Part shown: one piece after another, positions 1 to 12,715 of the stretch
Layout: each line of letters begins with the position of its first letter
How positions within the stretch are numbered: the stretch's first letter is position 1
DNA from: the human T2T-CHM13v2.0 reference genome, Homo sapiens
Direction: 5' to 3' (one strand)
Length of the DNA stretch: 64,000 nucleotides
Assembly (NCBI RefSeq): GCF_009914755.1
Contig: NC_060944.1
Program-made: the position numbers and the translations under genes
The notes under the pieces: model-generated
The model's input: only the letters and a program-made list of their open reading frames with translations
Told to the model about the DNA's origin: nothing
The model's database searches: none

Positions 1-3000
1 CCTGACTTGGCTCTGGTCCTGACCTGGCTCTGGCCCTGTCCTGGCTCTGGCACTGCCTTGACCCTGCCCTGCTTCTACCTGCCCTGGCCTTTTCTTGGCC
101 CTGTGCTACTCTGGCCCTTCTATGCCGTGGCACTGCCTCTGCCTTGGCCCTGCTCTGGGCTTGGCCTTGGCCTTTGGCCTGGCCCTGCCCTGGACCTGCC
201 TTACTGTTACCTGGCCTGTCCTGGCCCTGCTCTACCCTGGCCCTGGCCTCGTACTGGCCCTTCTGTGACCCTGGCCCTGGCCCTGCCTCTGCTCTGGACC
301 TTCCCTTAACCTTCGCTGGCCCTGCCTTGGCTCTGGCCCTGCCCCTTGTCCTGACCCTGGTTCTTCCAATGGTCATGGTCCTGGTCCTGTTATGGCTCTG
401 ACCTGGCTTTGGTCATATCCTGGCCTTGATTTATCCCGACCCTGCCTTGGCCCATTCCTGCCCTGGCCCCAGCATGGCCCTGCCTGTTCTGCTCTCCCCT
501 GGCACTGACCTCACTCTGCCATGGCCCAGTGGTGCCATTGCCCTGCCTTACCCTGCCCTGGTTGTGCCCTGGCCCTGCCTGTGCTGGACCCTCCCTGGAC
601 CTGCCGTGACCCTGTCTTAGTTTTTGCCCTGCCCTCACTATGGCCTGGCTCTGACCCTGTCCTGGCCCTGCCCTTATCCAGGCCCTGCACCTGCCGCTGC
701 CCTGGCCCTGCCAAGGACCTGCCCTGGCTCTGCCATGGTCCTGGTTGTGCCACGAACCTGCACTGTCCTTGCCCGTGTTTTGCTTCGGCCCCGAACCTGG
801 TCCTGCTCCTGCCATGGCCTTGGCCCTGGCCCTGGCTGTTCCCTGGCCCTGCCCTGGTCTTGGCCCTGTCCTGGCCCTACCCTAGCTTTGACCCAGCCCT
901 TGCCCTACCTTGGCCCTCACCCTAGGCTTACCTGTGCCCTGTTTCTAGTCCTGCCCCTGTTGCCCTGCTTGTGGCCATGCCCTATGCTACCCTAGCTCTA
1001 CCTTGCCCTGACCCTGATCTGGCCCTGTCCCTACCCTGGCCTTGCCCTACCCCTGGCCTTGTCCTACCCTGGCCCTACCCTGGCTTTGTCCTACCCTGAC
1101 CTTTTCCTACCCTGGCCTTGCCCTGGCCTTGGCTTTGCCTTGTTCTGGTCCTGGTTCTGTCCTGGCCCTGCCCTTGCTCTGGACCCTCCCTGGTTCTGCC
1201 TTCTCCTGGCCCTGCCCTAGCTCTGGCCCTGTCCATGGCCCAGCCTTGACCGTTGCCCGGTCCCTGGCCCTGTGTTGGTCCTGGCCTGGCCCTGGCCCTG
1301 ACAATGCCCAAACCCCACACTGGCCATGCCTTGGCCCTAGCCCTGCCTTGGCCCTGTGCTATCCTAGTTCTGCCCTGGCCCTGGCCCTGACCTCACCCTG
1401 GCCCTGGCCCTGACCTCGCCCTGGCCCTGACCTTGCCCTGGCCCTACCCTTACCCTACCCTGGCCCTGCCCTGCCCTGGCCTTGCCCTGCCCTGACCCTG
1501 CCACTGCCCTGGACCTTCCTTGAACCTGTGCTGACCCTGCCTTGGTTCTGGCCCTGCCCCTTGTCCTGACCCTGGTCCTGCCATGGCCCTGGTCCTGCCA
1601 GTGGTCATGGTCTTAGTCTTGTTATAGCCCTGACCTGGCCTTGGTCCTGTCCTGGCCCTGATTTGTCCTGGCCCTGCCTTTTCCTCTTCCTGCCCTGGCC
1701 CTACCATGGCCCTGCCTGTTCTGCCCTCTCCTGGCACTGACCTTGCCCTGTCATGGCCCAGTGGTGCCATTGCCCTGCCTTACCCTGCACTGGTTTTGCC
1801 CTGGCCCTGCCTGGCACTGTCCCCTCCCTGGACCTGCCTTGACCCTGCCTTGGCTTTTGCCCTGCCCTCACTATGGCCTGGCTCTGACCCTGTCCTGGCC
1901 CAGTCCAAGCCCTGACCCTCACCTTAGTGCTGCCATGCCCCTGCCACTGCCCTGGTCCTGGCCTGGAACCTGGCCCTGCCAAGGACCTGCCCTGACTCTG
2001 CCACAGCCCTGGCCCTGCTCTGCCTTGGTCCTGGCACTGACCCAGACCCTTTGTTGGCTCTTCCCTGGCCCTGGCCTTTCCTCGGTCCTGAGCTGGCACT
2101 GGTCTGCCCCTGGTCTTGGCACCACCATGCCCTGACATGCTCTGGCTGTGTCATCACCCTGCCCTGGCCCTGCCCTTGCTCTACTCTGGCTTTGACCCTG
2201 CCCTGGCCCTAACTTGGCATTCACGCTAGCCTTGGCTAGGCCCTGCTCTGGACCTGGTCCTGCCCCTGGCCCTGGCCTTTGTCTTGCCATAGCCCTGGCC
2301 CTGCCCATGAACTGGACATGGAGGTGTCCTCGCCCTGAAGTTACCTGGCCCTGTCTTGGTCTGTCTTTGCCCTGCCCCTACCATCGCCTTGCCCTGTTCT
2401 GCCCTGTCCCAGCACTGACCTGGCTGTGCCACGGCCTTGCCCTACCCTGCCTTGGCCGTGTCCTGGCTTGGCTCTGGCCCTGGCCATGCCCTGGACATGC
2501 ATTGGCACTGCTTCAGCCCTGACACTAGCCTGGCCCTGCCTTGACATCAGCCCTGCCCTCTCTATGGACCAGCTTTGGTCCTGTCCTGCATTGGCCATAC
2601 CATGCTGTGGCTAAGCCCTAGCTTTGGCCTTGCCCCTGGTCCTGCCATATCCCTGGCCCTTTCCCTACCTTGGCCCTGACTTTGACCCTTACCCTGCTCA
2701 GGCCCTGCCCTGGCCCTTGCTCCTGTTCTGGCCCTGCCCTCAACCTGTCCTGGCTCTGGCCCTTCCCTGCTTGAGCCTTACCCTGGTTCTACCCTGGCCC
2801 TGAACCTGTCCTGACCCTGAAATGTCTGGCCCTACCTTGGTCTTGCACTGCTCTGGCCCTTGCCCTCACTCTGGCCCTGCCACCGTCCTGGCCCCAGCCC
2901 TGTCTTTAGTTTCTCCATGGCCTACACCCTACCCTGAACCTGTTCTGGAACCTGGCTGTGCCATGAACCTGCACTGTCCCTGCCCTTGTTCTGCTTCTAT

Positions 3001-3745
3001 CCCGAACCTGGCCCTCCCCTTGCCATGGTCTTGGCCCTGTCCCTGCCCTGGCCATTCCCTGGCCCTGCCCTGGCCATTCCCTGGACTTGGCACTGCCCTA
3101 GCCCTATCAGCCTTGGACCTATGGTTCACTGGCATTGCCCTGGCCCTACCCTTCCTTGGACCTATGGTTCCCTGGCCCTGCCCTGGCCCTACCCTATCTG
3201 TGACCCTGCCCTGGCCCTACCTTGGACCTCACCCTAGCCTTGGCTGAGCCCTGTCTTGGACTTGGGTGCAGCACAGACCTGGCTGTGGCTCTGGCCCTTC
3301 CATGGCCCTGTCTCAGACCCTGGCCCTACCAGGTACCTGTCCTGGCCCTGCTCTGGGCCTAGCTTTGTCCCTGGTCCTTAGATGACCCTGGTCCTGACCC
3401 TGCCCCTGGCACTGGCCTTGGACATGACTGTGGTCCTAACCTTTGCCCTGCCCTGGAGCCACCACTCTCTTGGCCCTGCCCTGGCCCTACACCTACCCTG
3501 CTCCTGGCCCTGCCCTGGCCATAGAGCTGCCCTGGTTGGCCCTGCCCTGCCTTCGCTCTCTGCTACCCTGGGCCTGCTCTACCCTGCCCTGCCCTGAGTT
3601 TGGCCCTGCCCTGACCCCGCCTTGACCCTCACACTGGCCCTAGTGCAGACCTGGTCCTAGCCCTGGCCTTGGCCCGGCATTGACCCTGCTCCTGGCCCTG
3701 GTCCTGCCACGGCCCTTGCTCTGCATGGCCATAGTCCTGGCCCCC
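1..3745 (-). repeat. Degenerate CAGGG/CCAGGG (CCCTGG)n repeat array of the type seen at hominoid pericentromeric duplication junctions; runs off the left edge
   Basis: Continuous CCCTG/CCCTGG/GGCCCT units, C-rich on + and G-rich on -; contains internal higher-order duplications. Confidence 0.85.
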
Positions 3746-3925
3746 TCCAGGAGCCCCTATTGTGAGCTGCAGGTCCCGGAGATGCTACAGTGAGCCTGAG
3801 AGTACAATGATCTTTGGCCTGGCACAGTGTTTTAAATAATATTCTGATGTAATCTTTCAGCGTCAGGACCAAGACAGGGCCAGGGCCAGGTCTGACAGGA
3901 TCATTGGCATCTGCCATCATCCCTG

Positions 3926-4028
3926 GTTAATTTTTATGTTTTTATTAGAGACGGGGTTTCACCATGTTGACCAGGCTGGTCTTGAACCCCTGACCTCAGG
4001 TGATCTGCCCACCTTGGCCTCCCAAATT
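3926..4028 (-). mobile_element. Partial Alu (left-arm fragment)
   Basis: gagacggggtttcaccatgttgaccaggctggtcttgaacccctgacctcaggtgatctgccc. Confidence 0.9.
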
Positions 4029-4209
4029 ACCCAGCCAGAATATTGCTACTTTTGCAAACAGCTACAGTTAACCCTGAGCTGGACACCTTGAGTTGATTGT
4101 AGCTTTGTAAAAGAGGATAGCATTGTAAAACTATAAAATTAGACTAATAATAAATAACATAGAATGCTTTCAGATTAAGAAATAATACTGTTCTAAACAA
4201 AAATAAATA

Positions 4210-5765
4210 AATAAAGCAAACTGGAGGAATTATATTATCTGACTTCATATTATACTACAGAATTATAGTAACTAAAAGAGTATGTTACTGGCATAAAAAC
4301 AGACCCATATATCAATGGAACAGAATAGAGAACCCAGTAACAAATCTACATACCTACAGTGAACTCATTTTTGACAAAGTTGCCAAGAACATACACTCGT
4401 GGGAAATGGTGTTGAAAAAAAACAAAGAATGAAAACAGACTAGTATCTATCACCATATACAAAAGTAAAATCAAAGTTTGATTAAAGATGTAAAGATAAG
4501 ACCTCAAACCATAAAACTAACACAAAAAAACTTTGGGGAAAATCTCCAGGACATTGGTCTGGGCAAAAATATCTTGAGCAATACCCCACAAGCACACGCA
4601 GTCAAAGCCAAAATGGACAAATGGATCACATTAAGTTAAAAAGCTTCTGCACAGAAAATGATACAATCAACAAAGTTAGGAGACAATCCCCAGAATGGGA
4701 GAAAATATTTGCAAACTACTTATCTGAGAAGGGATTAAAAACCAGAATATATAAAAAGCTCAAACAACTCTTTAAGAAACAATCTAATAACCTGGTTAAA
4801 ATAAAAGGGGCAAAAGATTTGAATAGATATTTCTCAAAAGAAGAACTACAAATGATAAACAGGTTTAAGAAAAGGTGCTCAATATCACTGATCATCAGAG
4901 AAATACAAATCAAAACTATAATGAGATATCATCTCACCACAGTTTAAATGACTTGTATGCAAAAGACAGGCAATAACAAATGCTAGCAGGGATGCAGAGA
5001 AAAGGGAACACTTGTACACTGCTGCTGGGAATGTAAATTAGTAAAACCACTAAGGAGAACAGTTTGGAGGTTTCTCAATAAACTAAAAGTTGAGCTACCA
5101 TATGATCTAGCAATCCTATTGCTGGGTGTATACCAAAAATAAAGGAAATCAGTATGTCAAATACATATCTGCACTCCCATATTTGTTGCAGCACTGATTA
5201 CAAAGCTAAGATTTGGAAGAAACCTTAGTGTCCATCAACAGATGAATGGATAAAGAAAATGTGGTACATATACACAATGGAGGACTATTCAGCCATAACA
5301 GTGAATAAGATCCAGTCATTGTCAGTAACTTTGATGGAATATTATGGATCATTATGTTAAGTGAAATAAGCCAGGCACAGAAAGACAAATGTCGCATGTT
5401 CTCACTTATTTGTGGAATCTAAAATCCAAAGAGATTCACTGACATAGAGAATATAAGGATGGTTATCTGAGGCTGGGAAAGGTAGTGGGGGCAGTTGGTG
5501 GGAAGGTGGGGATGGTTAATGGTTATAAAAATAGAGAGTTAATAAGACCTACTATTTGCTAGCATAATAGTGTGACTATATTCAATAATAATTTAATTGT
5601 ACTAAGACTGTAATTGAATTTTTTATAACTTGAAGGATAAATGCTTGAGAGGAGGGATACCCCATTCCCCATGATGTGCTTATTTCACACTGCATGCTTG
5701 TATCCAAACATCTCATGGACCCCACAGATACATACACATACTATGTACCCACAACATTTTTAAAC
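4210..5765 (+). mobile_element. L1MA (L1MA1/2-like) 3' fragment: ORF2 end plus 3' UTR
   Basis: ORF2 remnant DHIKLKSFCT...PEWEKIFANY...MRYHLT; 3' UTR end ggataccccattccccatgatgtgcttatttcac...tatgtacccacaa. Confidence 0.9.
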
Positions 5766-6784
5766 AATCTAATACAACTATTTAAATGGCACTTGCTTTT
5801 TGTTACCTTCAACTATTGTAAAATATATTCTATTATTTATGATTAGCCCTGTTTGAAAACAAATTTTAAAAACACTATTTAAAACCAAATAAATGGACTA
5901 GGAGAAACTTGCATAAAAATGACAGAAATTGCTGCTACTTCTTCTAATTATTGAGATGGTATTTCTATATTTGTGAAATTATCTGTGATAGAAAATTGAA
6001 TTGTTTCCAACATTATTATTTTTCATAATTGAACATGTTATATTGTTACTTCTTTAAAAGTAGCCTGTAAAATATTACCAACCTATTTTAAAGTCTACTT
6101 GCCAAAATATTAAACTATTCATAAAAAGAAGTAATTTATTTAATTACCTAATTTCCTCAAGCAACGTCCTAATTTTCTCAAGCAATTATCTGATTTTCTC
6201 AAGCAATTGATACTATCAAGTTGCGCTAGTTAACTGCTGAGAATGATTGTCTACATATGAGATAAATCATCTGTCAATCCTTTAAAAAAGACTTTATAAG
6301 CCTTAGAGATTGTAAGTCCAATCTGTATCACTGACTTTAAATATTGGATAATTGACACTCCATGTTGCCTGTAAGCCTATCTCACAGCAGCTGAGTGATG
6401 CTAATAGATGCTTCTCGGAGTGCCATTTTCCTTATAACCCGTAGATTAATTCAGATTGCCTGAGTTCTGTGTTAGTGGAAATTGCCAGAATTATATCATT
6501 GTGCTTTGGATCCAGTTTCAATTTTCCAAAAGCCTACACAGATTTCAGATATTTAGAAAATAGCTCTTGTTTTCCTTCTGGGTAATCTTTTTCATGTCAC
6601 CACTCTTGTCAGCATCTGCATTGGGCAAATTTCCTAGGACCTCCCTTTTGCTTCTTTTAAAATATGAAAACAAAATCGATGTAGAGCAGCAAGCCAGGGA
6701 AAGCCTGTTTTGATTGACTTATTGCCATAGTCACCCAGTAGTTCCTTCAGATGTGGCTTCCCAGGTCAGCCACTGAGCCCACAC

Positions 6785-8345
6785 GCTGTCCTCCTGCCTG
6801 CAGAAGTGCCTCTGTGAGCCCTTTGAGGAGAAAATGGGGGACTTTGGGTTTCAGCCCGAGGAGAACACGGTAGAGATGGAGGAGCCCCTGGGCGTCCGCA
6901 GGTTAACTGACAACATGAGAGGACACAAGCACGGGACCAAGTCTGTCATTAACCTATAAAGAACTCTGACCAAGCCGACTGGGCACTCTGTCTGCACGCC
7001 TGCCTTTGCCACCACCGTGTGCGGGAATGCCTGGGTCATGACTGGGCCACCCCAGTGTTCTTATTTCTAGCCATTCCGAGGTTACCCCTCAGCAAAACGC
7101 TGAGGCTGGCAGACACAGTGGAGCATCCTGCAGTAGGGGTCTGAAGCATGGAATCTCCAAAGGGCCACTTGACCGCATCCCAGAAGCTCCAGCTCATGCT
7201 GGACGTCGCCCAGAAAGCCCAGATAGTCTTTGGCAAGACCTACCAGAGACAAGGAACTTGGTCCGGGCGCGCGGCCTGAGATCACCCCAAGCTCTTGGGC
7301 GCCTTCCTGGCCTGCTTCTTCCCTGGCCGCCTTAGGGGGCTCGCCTCGCCGTGTGTCTCCCTGCGGCCGGCATGGTGGTGCTCCTGGATATCATCTCCAA
7401 GCACTTTTGAGACTGCGGCCTGCACCCGGCACTGCACCGATGGATTGGCCTCCCAACCCCCGGCTCAGGGACCTCCAGCGTGCCGTGGTGCCGGCTGTAG
7501 GTGACCTCAACATGGAGCTGCTGCCAGCGCCGTAGGCCCCAGGGAGGCCTAGGATGCGGCCTCCCGGCCCCAAGAAGGGCAGTTTCGGAAAGTCTTTGGC
7601 CTGATGGAAGGCGGCACCCACCGGTGGGGCTGAGAATGGCTGGAGCTGCTGCCTGGTAAGCGAGGACAAAGAGGCCCACGGCCTCCATCAGGAACGAGGT
7701 GCTTCTCCAAAACTGGGACTTCAAGGAGGAGCAATGGAGTCAAGCTGGCGGACACCAGGAACACCCAGAGGTCCCCAGTCCTGTCTGTCTGTCCCACCCC
7801 GAGGACGACGGGATCACATCAGCGGCAGCATCCCGCGCTGACACTCAGTATTGACTTTCCCCGGACATTGCTGGATGTTTTTTCCTTTTTAAAACAATTT
7901 TGCAATGGGAGAACAAAAAAGGGCATCCTCAGAGCTTTTGCAAAATTCTTCTGGACCTGTGGGTCCATGGTGTTCACCTCTGCGTTTTACTGACCACCAA
8001 CTGGCCAGAGCTCCTAAGGCCTATAAGGGTATCCCTGCCCCACCCTGCGCTTTAGACACCTGAAGGACACCCCCAGCTCAGGAGGATAACGGTCCTCAGG
8101 GGCCTGCTGCGAGGAGGACATGCAGCCCCTTGGCTGCCGCGTCTTCCTCCATTCCAGCCTGGAAAGAGAGACCTTGCCCTCCACCCCACGGACGCTGATG
8201 ACCTTGGGACCCACTCTTTAGAGGCCATGCGCATTTCCACTGCCAAAGCAATGACACAGGAGATGGAAAGAAATTCTTTTGCCTTCACTATCTGCCTAAG
8301 TAATTTCCCTATTAGAGCCCAAGAGTCGTGGGGCCCGCACCGCCA
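6785..8345 (+). pseudogene. GRAMD4P: GRAMD4 processed pseudogene, 5'-truncated and internally deleted; CDS remnant ~6785-7850, then probable 3' UTR
   Basis: Translations DFGFQPEENTVEMEEPLGVRRLTDNMR, LQLMLDVAQKAQIVFGK, ENGWSCCLV and ITSAAAS match GRAMD4 (DFRFQPEENTVETEEPLSARRLTENMR; FQLVLDVAQKAQNLFGK; ENGWRCCLI; ITSAAAS). No introns; stops and frameshifts present. The right boundary is approximate. Confidence 0.9.
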
Positions 8346-8354
8346 GCCGACACA

Positions 8355-9135
8355 TGAAAGTGTGGCAACGATGTGGTGGTGTCTCCGTGTGGCAGCATGG
8401 TGGTGTGTTTGTGTGGCAGTGTGTCCGCATTTCTGTGTGGTGGTGTGTCCGTGGGGCAGAGTGTCTGTGTGGTGCTATGTCCATGTGGTGAAGTGTTCAT
8501 ATATCTGTGTGGTGATGTCTCCATGTGACAGTGTGTTTGTGTATCTGTGTGACAATGTGTCTGTGTGTCCTTGTGTCCACGTGGCAGTGTCAGCGTGGTG
8601 GTGTCTGACAGTGTGGAGGTGTGTCCATGTGACAGTGTGGTGGTGTGTCTGTGTGTGTGGCAGTGTCCATGTGGCAGTGTGTCTGTGTGTTTGTGTGAGA
8701 GTGTGATGTTGTGTCCATGTGACAGTGTGGTGATGTCTCCGTGTGTCTGTGTGTCTATGTGTCTGTGTGTCTGTTTGTCTATGTGACAGTGTGGTGATGT
8801 CTCTGTGTGTCTGTGTGTCCCTGTGATAGTGTGGTGGTGTGTCCTTATGGTGATATATCTGTGTGTCTGTGTCCATGTGAGAGTGTAGTGCTGTGTCCAT
8901 GTGGTGATTTCTCCGTGTGTCTGTGTGTCCGTCCATGTGACAGTGTGGCAGAGTGTCTGTGTGGTAATGTCTCCGTGTGTCTGTACATGTGACAGTTTGG
9001 TGGTGTGTCCATGTGTCCCTATGGTGATATTTCCATGTGTCTGTGTGTCTGTTTGTCCGTGTGACTGTGGGGCGGTGTGTCCGTGTGGTGGTGTCTCCGT
9101 GTGGCGGTGTGTCCGTGTGACAGTGTGGCGGTGCT
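8355..9135. repeat. GT-rich degenerate minisatellite (core gtgtccatgtgacagtgtggtg / gtgtctgtgt)
   Basis: Repeated units of ~30-45 bp such as tgtccatgtgacagtgtggtgatgtct. Confidence 0.9.
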
Positions 9136-9639
9136 CCCTCCCCGGCGTGCGGAGCTGACGCCTTCCCCTCTCAGCCCAGGACACCCCAGGAGGCACCAGC
9201 TTGGCAGGCAGGAGGCAGCTTCTGTGGAGGGAGGTGCAGGCAACCCCCACAGCAGAGTTTGTGCAGTCCCCTGCATTGGGTCGGAGTGAGGAGAAAGGCG
9301 CCCGGGCAGCCAGGACAAGCCTGGGCCTGCCCTAAGGAGGTGACCCGCTCTGGACCTGCATTTCCTGGGGCGAGTACTCTAGCTCGGTCATCTTGTCCTG
9401 AGTCCTTTATGTGCCCTGGAGATTGCTGAGTTTTGAAGAAGGGAAGGTCATCTTTGTCGCAGAAAGCCTGATGTGTTTCTCTATTGCTGTCACTTTTCAG
9501 CCTCATCTGAACCTTCTGCCAAGGTTCTTCAACCTTCTGCCAAGAAAACTTCCGGAAGTAAATGGGACTGGCAGTATCCAACCAGAGGAGTCACACACCG
9601 ATTTCTGTTTGGTTGGAGATCAGCCGTTTTTCCCTGTGG

Positions 9640-10260
9640 GTGGCGGAAGCGCAGCAGCTCTGCAGCGGGAAGGAAGGTGGGTTCTGTGCGGCCAGGAAGG
9701 GCCTGGCCTGGGGCGGAGGGGCGAGAGGGGATGTGCGGTGAAAAGCTGTGCAGGGCAGCGGGCCCTGTGCATCGTCCCTACTGCCGGGCACCCAGGAGGA
9801 AGACAGGTCCCAGCGTGGTGGGAGAAAAGGCGGGGTGGAGTCCCCGCACCAGGCATAAAGGCCAGCAGAGCCGCAGGCCGTGGCCCAGGGGGACTCCCGG
9901 GCACCTGGTGGGCGTCCTCATGACCAGGACGCACACCGGGCTCCGGAGGCCAGGAGGACCAAGCTAAGGGCGCCAGGGGAGGCTCGGGGTTCCCGTGGAG
10001 GGAGGTGGGTTCCTGGACCCTGATCTCCTGCTGCTGTCCCGCACATGGGCCGCCTTAGCTCAGGGGCGCCCCGCCAGGGTCGCCTATCTGGGACCTCAGC
10101 ACGGCTCCTGGAGGGCAGGGGGCTGGGGCAAAGGCCTCGGGCCGGGTCTGCAGCTTCCACCACTCGCGGCGTGGGGTGAGCTCAAGCTGTGCCGCCCAGG
10201 CAGGAAACCCTCCGACCTTGCCCGCTTTGGCGCCAGCTTTGGTGACTCTCTCCAGCTCAG
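9640..10260. promoter_or_regulatory. GC/CpG-rich island-like block of unknown origin
   Basis: High GC, many CpGs, GGGGCGG boxes (~9710); abrupt switch to AT-rich DNA at ~10290. Confidence 0.4.
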
Positions 10261-10959
10261 CTTCAACACCTTTCAACAGTTCTGTGTTCTCTATTATCAC
10301 AAGAATTCTTTCTGTATTTGCTATCCTTTATCAAATAAGAATTTAAATACGCATATGGAGTGATAGATATCACAGTTGAAACATTGAACAATATACAATT
10401 TCAAGTGTCGTTTAATGATTTTGTTTAATGTATAATTTTCTAAGAAGTAAAATTATGACTCTACTGAAAATATAAGATAAACACAGATCAACAATGTTAT
10501 TCAACTCAATAAGCGATGAGGGTTCCAGTAACAGGTTCAAATCATTGCGAGGAACATTAAAGGAGCTTTACAGCCAGTGATAAGGTCAGATCGTTGGGTA
10601 GCTACAATACTGGTTAGTATCCAACATAGCCAGAAGCTGTCATCTTTGTGAGTTCTCTCTTCCATGGCACAGAAATTATGTGTTTTTCTACTGTACAAAA
10701 TATTTATCTTTTCTACTACTTCTGCACATAAAAATATTGCTAGTCAGAAAAGACCAGGATTACACTGAAAAAAAAAAATCTCAGTAATATCTCTCACCTG
10801 TATTCATACTTCTTTTCTTCCTTTATGAAATATCTTTCAACTGCATTTTCTATCTGAAGGTTTATAGAGAGAGGAAAATGAATAAAAGCAGAGTAAGTGA
10901 ATATTTTGATAATATTTTGCAGCTTTATTCATGTCTAATGAACATAAAACACACTACCA

Positions 10960-11620
10960 GTATTTAAAGTATAAATGAGATGAATTTGCTATACACATGT
11001 GCCCATTAAACAATCACCACGAAGGGGATGATGAGCATATCCAATACTCTCAAAACTTCCCAGTTCCCCTTTGTAATGCACACTCATACCTCTCAGGTGT
11101 GAAGTATTGAGCTACACACATACACACAAATACACACTGGGATATCTAATTGTTTCAAAAGCATTTGTTGAAAATATTATGTCCATGAATGGTCTAAGAA
11201 CTTTATTAAAATTTAGCTGATAGCTGATATACATGTGTATATCTATATTTGTACTACATTGTCTTAAGTACTGTAATTTTATAGGTCTTGAAACCAGGTG
11301 CTGTTAATTCTCCAACAGCACCTGGTTTCAAAGTAACTGTTTCCTTTCAAAGTAATTTGCCATTATAGGTCCTCTACCCATCGATGTACATTTCAGAATT
11401 TTAGTTTCTCAATTTCTAAAATAAGAAATCCAGCTGCGATTTGATTGGAATTGTAATAGATCAATGTGGCAAGAGCAGACATCTTAACAATATTGAGATT
11501 TATAACTCATAAATTCCATTTATTTAGTTCTCTTATTTATTTTAGCAATATTTTGTAGTTTTGTAGTTTTCAAATGTTTCTCTTTTTTGCAGGTTTATCC
11601 CTAAGTACTACACACTTTGA
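10960..11620 (-). mobile_element. Old L1M fragments
   Basis: Antisense ORF2-like motifs: tttgattggaattgtaatagatcaat...gacatcttaacaatattgag. Confidence 0.6.
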
Positions 11621-12234
11621 TAATTACAATATCAAAATTCTGGTAATATTAATGTAAATGTTTTATTTTTTCCTCCATTAATTGTCAGGTAGCTTTAAAT
11701 CATAATTTACTTGTATGATACAACTGGGCTTTGAGAAACATATACATATTGTGTATATACATTTTTTTTTTTCAGTTTGGCAGATTGACTCCACTATCAT
11801 GTCATAATTTAAAATGGCACTAATTACCACTCAGCCTGCTCTCAAGGACAATATATAAAAATATATAGCATGTTTCAGTTTATTTAGCATCATGAAACTC
11901 TCATATTGCACTTACTTTTGGAAACCTGGAAAAATAAAATAATGTAGATATCAGCTCACAGGCGAAATATGAGTACATGTGACAATTTTCTAAATATTGA
12001 CCTATCACTCTTTAATTCTATGTTTATATTGTCAACTTTTTCCTCCTCTTGAAACTCTCTTATGCAGCTTGTTGACTTTTGGTTCAATTCCTTCCCTGTT
12101 TTTTCCCCTAATCTACTTTCTAATATTTTACTGACGTTGTGCTCCTTTTAATTTGGACACTTTTTAAAAGCTGTGTAATTTCTCCTTTGTATTATAATGC
12201 AAATCCATATCCAAAATACATGAGCACAGCAACC

Positions 12235-12715
12235 AAACAGATGTTTGTGCAGCCTGTCCATTAGCAATATTATTCACAATAATCAAAGGGAGGGAGCAGC
12301 CCATGTGAATATTGATGGATGAGTGGTTAAACAAAATGTGGTATATACAGCAACATAATAATATTCAGCCTTAAAATATATTCTCACGCATGCTATGAAA
12401 TAGATGACATTTGAAGACATGCTAAGTGAAATAAGCCAGTTAGAAAAATTCAAACATTCTGTATCATGCCATTTCTATGAGTTACTTAGTGAAATCTGTA
12501 AAGACAGAAAGTAGAATGGTGATTGCTAGGGGGAGGGAGAGGCAGAGGAATGGGAAGTTGGTATTCAATGAATACAGAGTTTTAGTTGGAGAAGACAAGT
12601 CCTGGAGGTGCATGGTGGTGACTGTTGCACAACAGTGCAAATATACTTAATGCCACAAAACCGTGCACTTAAAGTGATTAAAAAGGTAAATTTTATGTTC
12701 TGTATATCTTTCCAG
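12235..12715 (+). mobile_element. L1MB 3' fragment
   Basis: gatggatgagtggttaaacaaaatgtggtatatac...gctaagtgaaataagccag...ggtaaattttatgttctgtatatc. Confidence 0.8.

Noticed and set aside
7-3625. Many Pro/Leu/Trp/Ala- or Gly/Gln/Arg-rich ORFs
   Set aside because: Translations of the CCCTGG repeat, which is poor in stop codons; open in all frames.
6150-6210. Three copies of a ~21-bp unit (ttctcaagcaa); similar two-copy duplications at ~9510-9544 and ~25086-25124
   Set aside because: Ordinary slippage duplications with no further structure.
8227-9289. Cys/Val-rich and His/Thr-rich ORFs of up to 312 aa
   Set aside because: Products of the GT-rich VNTR; no domain signal.
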